Origin: an uncultured Bacilli bacterium
GTDB taxonomy: Bacteria; Bacillota_I; Bacilli_A; RF39; UBA660
DNA length: 64,000 bases
Assembly (NCBI GenBank): GCA_963931685.1
Contig: OZ007038.1
Span: forward strand, 975,632-1,039,631
Reading direction: 5' to 3'
Below the pieces are notes generated by a model. That model was not told the DNA's origin, did not search any database, and worked only from the letters and a program-made list of their open reading frames with translations. The position numbers and the translations under genes are program-made. Positions 57,921 through 64,000 of this stretch are shown here, in pieces (the stretch's first letter is position 1; each line of letters starts with the position of its first letter).

Positions 57921-58778
57921 AATTAACATTTCTGTTTTATATATTTTGTCTATCATTTTACTAACTACTTTACAGTTTTGATATTCTGAATTTTTTAAGT
58001 TGATTAAATCTGGTTGAGAAATTAAAATAAATAGCAATTCTCTTTCATCTTTCATCAGGGGATATTGATTTTCATATTCATGAAGAATTGTTTCAAAGTC
58101 AAAGTCTAAAGCATGAGTTTGATACAGTTTGTATATGTCAAATACAGGGCTTCCAACTTTAGATTTATCCCAGCTGACTAAATATGGTTCATCTGCTTCT
58201 AAAAAATGATCTAGTTTTAAATTATTGTGAAGAATGACTCTACGTTCTTTTCTTTTTTCTTTTATGTGACTATGCCAATTTTCTAATCTTTTTTTATTTT
58301 CACTTATAGTATCATATATTTTAGTGATATTTCGTGCTAGTAGCTGTTCACTTGGACTCATATATACTTTAGATTCGATTAGTGTTATTAAGTCTGTGTA
58401 ATATAAATATAGATAGTTTAAATTATTATCTAAATCTTCATAAATTTCCTCATAATAATCTAAATCTATTTCTTTGTAATGTGTTGTTTTGCTATGGAGT
58501 AAAGCTGTTAGTTTTACTAAATCTAATATTTTTTGTTCTTTTGGAATATCTAAATCTTGAATATACGTGGTTAGTTGATATGGATCATCTTTTGCATTTA
58601 AAAAAAGAGGTAAATAATCAAAATTACGTGATTTTAAGTAATTTAAAATTTGTTTGTTTAGTTTTCCCTCTTTATAAATATATTTTCCATCTGTAGTTTC
58701 AATTATAGTTACTTTACCTTTTTTCTTATATCCTCTAGCAGTAATGCCTTTACTTTTTAATATTTCATTTATCTTCAT
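57888..58778 (-). CDS. ysxE: Spore coat protein YsxE/CotS-like (kinase fold)
   Basis: YLKSRNFDYLP, ALLHSKTT, LHNNLKLDHF, SWDKSKVGSPVFDI; downstream of the spoVID-like gene. Confidence 0.75.
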   Translation of the reverse strand: MKINEILKSKGITARGYKKKGKVTIIETTDGKYIYKEGKLNKQILNYLKSRNFDYLPLFLNAKDDPYQLTTYIQDLDIPKEQKILDLVKLTALLHSKTTHYKEIDLDYYEEIYEDLDNNLNYLYLYYTDLITLIESKVYMSPSEQLLARNITKIYDTISENKKRLENWHSHIKEKRKERRVILHNNLKLDHFLEADEPYLVSWDKSKVGSPVFDIYKLYQTHALDFDFETILHEYENQYPLMKDERELLFILISQPDLINLKNSEYQNCKVVSKMIDKIYKTEMLISPKESKDRAK

Positions 58779-59421
58779 GAGATGGAATAATTAATTTATC
58801 TCCTATTTTTAAGTCTGATAAATCATTATATGCTTCTAAATCTTCTCTATTTACATTATACTCACTAGATATTGACTCTATAGTGTCATTTTCGGTAACA
58901 ATGTGTACTTTATAAACAGCATATCTTTCATTTTCATCTAAGTCTTCAAAAATTGATTTAACATTTGTCTCTTCATTTACCTCTATTTCATTATTTTCTG
59001 CATTTACTGTTTGGGTTTGATTTTCTACTTCACGTGTTTCTTCTAGGGTTTCTATTTCATCAGTCAAGGTATTTTCCTCCTTTTCTTCTCTTGGCTTTTC
59101 TTCTAGGCCATCTAAAACAACTTCTATACTAACCGATAATATTTCGTTATTTGTGACTTCATAGTAAAAGTCATTTATATCCACATCGATATTTTTTGTA
59201 TCATATTTTTTATCTACACTGATATCGAATGGTAATTTATATTCAAATGGATCTACATTTAAACTTGCCTCAGTCATTTTATATGTTCCACTTATAATAA
59301 ATTCACCTGAAACTATGTTTTCCTCTTGGAGTTTTAAGGTGTGCTCCAACGAGATACTACTTATTTCTGCAATATTATTATCAAAGGAAATATCTTTTTT
59401 AAAAGGTACTATTTTTTTCAT
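58765..59421 (-). CDS. spoVID: SpoVID-like coat morphogenetic protein with a C-terminal LysM domain
   Basis: IAEISSISLE...GEF N-terminal domain, acidic linker, VHIVTENDTIESIS...GDKLIIP. Confidence 0.7.
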   Translation of the reverse strand: MKKIVPFKKDISFDNNIAEISSISLEHTLKLQEENIVSGEFIISGTYKMTEASLNVDPFEYKLPFDISVDKKYDTKNIDVDINDFYYEVTNNEILSVSIEVVLDGLEEKPREEKEENTLTDEIETLEETREVENQTQTVNAENNEIEVNEETNVKSIFEDLDENERYAVYKVHIVTENDTIESISSEYNVNREDLEAYNDLSDLKIGDKLIIPSHEDK

Positions 59422-59464
59422 TTTTTACTCTCCTCCTATATAAATATATGAATATATATTTTTT

Positions 59465-60055
59465 TTAGAATAATTTTTCATATATCTTACTGGCATTGTC
59501 AAAATTAGCTTTATTCCAAATATTTTCAATATATTTATTTCTTTCGTTTCTATATTTTAAATAGTAAGCGTGTTCCCAAAGATCTACTGTAAATAAAGGT
59601 GTTAGATCATATGAAAGTGGTGTTTCTTGGTTTGGAAGGTTTATGATTGTTAGATTTCCATTATTATCGGAAACTAAGAAAGTATATCCGGAACCAACTA
59701 AGTTTTTAGATTTGTTTATAAATATTTTTTTAAAGTTTTCAAAACTTCCATAATCATTATTTATTTTATTTAGTAGTTTTCCTTTAGGTGGTGTGGGAGT
59801 TTCATTTAAACTTTGCCAGTATAAGTTATGGTTTAATATGCCTCCTGCATTATATAAAATTTGACCTCTATCTTTTAATGGAAATTCATTTATTCTTTTT
59901 GGAATTTGTTCTAAAGGAATTGTTGATATTGTGAGTTTGTTTAAGTTTTCGGCATATTTTTTATGATGTTTATTATAATGAATATTTACAGTTTCTTCAT
60001 CTATTACTGGCTCTAGAGAATTATATGGATATGGGAGCATAATTACTTTATACAT
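59465..60055 (-). CDS. sodA: Fe/Mn superoxide dismutase, Mn-type signature
   Basis: LPYPYNSLEP, HYNKHH, NAGGILNHNLYW, NQE, DLWEHAYY. Confidence 0.9.
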   Translation of the reverse strand: MYKVIMLPYPYNSLEPVIDEETVNIHYNKHHKKYAENLNKLTISTIPLEQIPKRINEFPLKDRGQILYNAGGILNHNLYWQSLNETPTPPKGKLLNKINNDYGSFENFKKIFINKSKNLVGSGYTFLVSDNNGNLTIINLPNQETPLSYDLTPLFTVDLWEHAYYLKYRNERNKYIENIWNKANFDNASKIYEKLF

Positions 60056-60114
60056 GTTATCGCCTCCTTTTAATTATATTAAATAAACCGCTAAAAAAGA
60101 CAGTTAAAACTGTC

Positions 60115-62652
60115 TTATTTGTCAAAATCATCTAAAAAGTCATCTATAGTTAGTATTTGTTTATCTATTTGATCTAATGTTATTTGTTTTTCTTCTGAAG
60201 ATTCTTCTATCTCTTCATTATTTTCAGCACCGTTTTCTAAGTCTTTAGATGTTAATAATTCAGTGTTTATAAACACTTTTTTTATTTTGTCTTTAGTAAT
60301 AGTAGAACCCGTTTGATATCTATCACATATTGGAAATTCAGAGGTTTTATGATAAGTTATTTCATTTGTTAAAATACCAATTTCTTTTTTGTGATTGATA
60401 ACTGATGCATATATTAATTTATAAGGATTAGTTTTGACATCTCTTATAGCAAGTAATCCTTTTCTAGCTCTTGAACTAATATCAAATTCATCTATTTTAA
60501 CTCTTTTTCCTGTTCCTTTATCAGTTATAAATAAAGCATAATCAGCTTGGTTAAATGAATGTCCACTTATTACATAATCATCTTTTAGATTTATTGCTTT
60601 AACACCACTACCTCTTAGACCTGTTAATGGAATTTCTTCTGTTTTATATCTAAGTGCGAGTCCATTATGAGTAGTTACAAATACTTCACTCTTAGCTTTA
60701 ACAATAGATACGACTTTATCTTTTGGTTTTAATTTCATCAAATTTACAGGTTTGGTGTATCTTTGTACTTTTAAATCATTAATGTTAGTTTGTTTAACCA
60801 TGCCATTTTTAGTAAATGATAAAAAGTTTACATTTTCTTTAAAATCTTTAGTTAAATAGGATGAGATTATATCTTCATCACTACTAATTTTAATTATATT
60901 ACTAATATGTTTTCCCATATCTTTCCATTTTAAATCTGGTAGTTCGTAAACTGGAACGTAAAGGAAATTTCCGAGTGATGTAAATAATAATAAAGTGTCC
61001 ATGGTGTTTGCTTCATAAATGGCTGTTTTAAAGTCTTTGTCTTTTAATCCTGTTTCATCATTATTTGATGCGGTATAACTTCTTAAAGACACTCTTTTTA
61101 CATAGCCTTCATTTGTTAAAACAACAATGCAATCTTCCTTTTGTATTAGTGATGTTGCACTGATTTTTATTTCAGTTACTTCATCTTTAATTTCTGTTTT
61201 ACGAGGAGTAGCATACTCTTTTTTTATCATTTTTAGTTCTGTTTTCATGACATGTTTTAATGCTTCTTCATTTTCTAGAATTCCCGTCCATATAGCTATT
61301 TCTTTTTTCTTTTCTTCCATTTCTTTTTCAAGTTCAGTAACATCTGTATTTGTTAATTTATAAAGTTGTAAATTAACAATAGCTTCTGCTTGAGGTTTAG
61401 TAAAATCAAATTCTGTTTGTAAATTTTCTATAGCATTGGCTTTATTTTTAGAGGCTCTGATTACTTTAATTACTTCATCTAATATTGATAACGCTTTAAT
61501 TAAACCTTCTAAAATATGCATTCTAGCTTTTGCTAATTTTAAGTCGAATTCTGTTCTTCTTGTAATTACTTCTTTTTGATGAGCAATATAGGCATCTAAT
61601 ATTTCTAATATACCTAGAACCATTGGTCTACGGTTTACAATAGCGACCATATTATAGTTATATGAAATCATCATATCAGTGTTTTTTAGTAAATAGTTAA
61701 TAATTAATTCTTCGTTAGCATCTTTCTTTAAATCTATTGCTATTTGAAGACCATTTCTATCTGTTTCATCTCTTACTTCAGAAATGCCATCAATTTTCTT
61801 TTCAATTCTTATTTCGTCAATTTTTTTAACTAAAGCGGCTTTATTTACTTCATAAGGTATTTCAGAGATAATTATTTGCCGTTTTGATTTTGATCCAGTT
61901 ATTTCATATTTACATCTAACATTGATTTTCCCTTTACCAGTAGCGAAGGCATCTTTAATTCCTTTTAATCCTTCAGCAACTCCACCAGTTGGAAAGTCTG
62001 GACCTTTGACAATATCTAATATACTATCTAATCTACAATTTGGGCTATCAATTCTTTTTATTGTAGCATCAATTATTTCTCCTAGATTATGTGGTGGTAT
62101 ATTAGTGGCATATCCTGCTGATATACCGGTTGCGCCATTAACTAAAAGATTTGGAAATTTGGCTGGTAAAACAGTTGGTTCTAATAGTGTATCATCGTAG
62201 TTTAAACTCATTAAAACGGTATCTTTATTAATATCTTTTAAAAGTTCACCAGCGACTTTTGAAAGTCTTGCTTCAGTATAACGCATGGCAGCGGCTCCAT
62301 CTCCATCCATAGAACCATTATTACCTTGCATTTCAATATAACATAAGTTATTTTTCCACCACTGGCTCATTCTAACCATGGCATCATAGATACTTGAATC
62401 ACCGTGTGGATGATAAAAACCCATGATATTTCCGACAGCTTTTGCTGATTTTTTTGTTGGTTTATCGTAGGTATTTCCATCTTTATACATACCATATAAA
62501 ATTCTTCTTTGAACTGGTTTTAAACCATCTCTGACATCTGGTAAGGCTCTATCTTGAATAATTGCTTTGGCATATCTACTAAAGCTATCACCCATGATAT
62601 ATTCTAATGAGTAATCATATATTTTCTTTACTGCTTCTTCCAATTTTCTCAC
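60115..62652 (-). CDS. parC: DNA topoisomerase IV subunit A
   Basis: IIQDRALPDVRDGLKPVQRR, YHPHGDSSIYDAMVRMSQ, AAMRYTEARL; follows parE. Confidence 0.93.
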   Translation of the reverse strand: MRKLEEAVKKIYDYSLEYIMGDSFSRYAKAIIQDRALPDVRDGLKPVQRRILYGMYKDGNTYDKPTKKSAKAVGNIMGFYHPHGDSSIYDAMVRMSQWWKNNLCYIEMQGNNGSMDGDGAAAMRYTEARLSKVAGELLKDINKDTVLMSLNYDDTLLEPTVLPAKFPNLLVNGATGISAGYATNIPPHNLGEIIDATIKRIDSPNCRLDSILDIVKGPDFPTGGVAEGLKGIKDAFATGKGKINVRCKYEITGSKSKRQIIISEIPYEVNKAALVKKIDEIRIEKKIDGISEVRDETDRNGLQIAIDLKKDANEELIINYLLKNTDMMISYNYNMVAIVNRRPMVLGILEILDAYIAHQKEVITRRTEFDLKLAKARMHILEGLIKALSILDEVIKVIRASKNKANAIENLQTEFDFTKPQAEAIVNLQLYKLTNTDVTELEKEMEEKKKEIAIWTGILENEEALKHVMKTELKMIKKEYATPRKTEIKDEVTEIKISATSLIQKEDCIVVLTNEGYVKRVSLRSYTASNNDETGLKDKDFKTAIYEANTMDTLLLFTSLGNFLYVPVYELPDLKWKDMGKHISNIIKISSDEDIISSYLTKDFKENVNFLSFTKNGMVKQTNINDLKVQRYTKPVNLMKLKPKDKVVSIVKAKSEVFVTTHNGLALRYKTEEIPLTGLRGSGVKAINLKDDYVISGHSFNQADYALFITDKGTGKRVKIDEFDISSRARKGLLAIRDVKTNPYKLIYASVINHKKEIGILTNEITYHKTSEFPICDRYQTGSTITKDKIKKVFINTELLTSKDLENGAENNEEIEESSEEKQITLDQIDKQILTIDDFLDDFDK

Positions 62653-63999
62653 CTACTTTGCATAATTGTCTTCTAGGGTAAATTCGATGTTTTCTTCTAT
62701 CCACTGTTTTCTTGGTTCAACATTATCTCCCATTAATACGCTTACTCTTCTTTCTGCTAGAGCGGCGTCTGTGAGGTTTACTTTGATTAGACTTCTTTTA
62801 GATGGGTCCATGGTTGTTTCCCATAACTGTTCGGCGTTCATTTCACCTAAACCTTTATATCTTTGTTTTTCTAATTTTAATTTATTATTTTTTCTAATTT
62901 CTTCGGCCCCTTCATCATCCCAGGCATAACCATATATTTTGTTGCCATTTTTTAAGGCATATAAAGGTGGCATAGCAATATATAAATGGCCATTTTCTAT
63001 TAATGGTTTCATGAATCTATAAAAGAATGTTAATAGTAATATGGCAATATGGGCTCCATCATCATCGGCATCGGTCATGATTATTACTTTATCATAGTTA
63101 CAATCTTCAATTTTAAAATCACTACCTATTCCAGCTCCAATTGTTTGAATCATCGTATTTATTTCGTTGTTTGCTAAAACGTCGGTTAAAGAAGCTTTTT
63201 CTGTGTTTATTACTTTACCTCTTAATGGTAATATTGCTTGGAATTTTCTATCTCTACCTTGTTTTGCTGAACCTCCAGCTGAATCTCCTTCGACTAGGAA
63301 TAATTCGTTTATTTTTGGGTTTTTTGTTTGGGCTGGAGTGAATTTATCACTGATAGATTTTTCTTTTCTATTTTTACCTTTACCATTTCTAGCTTCATCT
63401 CTAGCTTTTCTAGCTGCTTCTCTAACTTGTTTTGATTTAACCATTTTTTCTAATATTTTTGTGGCTATTTCTTTATTTTCTTCTAAGAAGAATTGAAGGT
63501 GCTCGGTTGTAACACTATCAACTGCTGTTCTGGCAGCTGGTGAGCCTAATTTTCCTTTTGTTTGTCCTTCAAATTGTAATAGTTTTTCTGGGATTTGTAA
63601 GCTTATAATGGCTGTTAGTCCTTCTCTTGTATCTGGTCCTTCGAAGTTTTTATCTTTTTGCTTTAAATAGCCATTATTTCTAGCATAATCATTAAATACT
63701 CTTGTTAAGGCTGTTTTGAATCCGACTTCATGAGTACCACCATCTGATGTTTTAACATTATTGACAAAGGATATTATATTTTCAGAATAACTTTCAGTAT
63801 ATTGGAAAGCAACTTCTACATTGATGCCATCTTTGACTCCTTTAAAGTCATACGGCTTGTGAAGTACTTTTTTATCTGTGTTTAGGTATTCGGCAAATGA
63901 ATTTAAACCTTTTTCATAATGGTATGATTCTTTTCTGTCTGTATTTTCATCATATATTTCTATAGTTATATTTTTAAGTAAGAAGGCACTTTCTTGCAT
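62653..63999 (-). CDS. parE: DNA topoisomerase IV subunit B; N-terminus outside the window
   Basis: EGQTKGKL, LVEGDSAGGSAKQGRDR, PLRGKVIN, MTDADDDG, RYKGLGEMN. Confidence 0.93.
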   Translation of the reverse strand: MQESAFLLKNITIEIYDENTDRKESYHYEKGLNSFAEYLNTDKKVLHKPYDFKGVKDGINVEVAFQYTESYSENIISFVNNVKTSDGGTHEVGFKTALTRVFNDYARNNGYLKQKDKNFEGPDTREGLTAIISLQIPEKLLQFEGQTKGKLGSPAARTAVDSVTTEHLQFFLEENKEIATKILEKMVKSKQVREAARKARDEARNGKGKNRKEKSISDKFTPAQTKNPKINELFLVEGDSAGGSAKQGRDRKFQAILPLRGKVINTEKASLTDVLANNEINTMIQTIGAGIGSDFKIEDCNYDKVIIMTDADDDGAHIAILLLTFFYRFMKPLIENGHLYIAMPPLYALKNGNKIYGYAWDDEGAEEIRKNNKLKLEKQRYKGLGEMNAEQLWETTMDPSKRSLIKVNLTDAALAERRVSVLMGDNVEPRKQWIEENIEFTLEDNYAK

Positions 64000-64000
64000 T

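Noticed and set aside
3171-63496. Many short opposite-strand ORFs in the track (e.g. 4255-4470, 12223-12417, 30049-30342, 31732-32130, 39760-40140, 46619-47020, 54247-54672, 63167-63496)
   Set aside because: They are antisense shadows of well-supported genes, with Ser/Phe/Leu-rich composition and no RBS or family motif.
1-64000. DGR reverse transcriptase, Avd or an AAC-rich template repeat
   Set aside because: No RT motifs in any ORF and no non-coding segment matching either variable-like region was seen by eye. The DGR link therefore remains an inference.

Overview
Very AT-rich (about 25-30% GC by eye) chromosomal segment of a Bacillota bacterium, genetic code 11, with most genes on the minus strand. 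Gene content and compact synteny suggest a reduced-genome, spore-forming gut member of the Bacilli, RF39/UBA660-like; this is an inference. Housekeeping genes: argS with an Arg T-box, dnaE, dnaG-rpoD-trmK, gap/pgk/tpiA, clpP, thiI, ezrA, obgE, parE-parC, sodA, rpmB. Sporulation genes: spo0A, sspI, an alpha/beta SASP, spoVID-ysxE and two unannotated YjcZ-like peptides. The accessory content is surface-filament genetics. (1) A SipW-type peptidase plus DUF5305 locus sits next to four tandem, separately promoted TasA/CalY-like subunits with a GYAAF signal motif. Two further genes and one stub elsewhere carry the same motif. (2) Five type IV prepilin-like genes are dispersed among housekeeping operons. 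The best candidate for a new system is the 1260-aa GYAAF-signal adhesin at 28317-32099. Two of its three repeated DUF6273-like domains end in about 100-bp segments that are 50-60% GC and depleted of coding-strand adenines, the signature of diversity-generating-retroelement (DGR) variable regions. No reverse transcriptase or template repeat is visible in the window. The same domain family is also fused to a type IV prepilin at 5895-6938. Also present: an intact DDE transposase inside the subunit array, a 297-bp IS66-derived element, IS256-like end scars, and a double-HTH regulator split by a -1 frameshift. No rRNA, tRNA or CRISPR array was seen.
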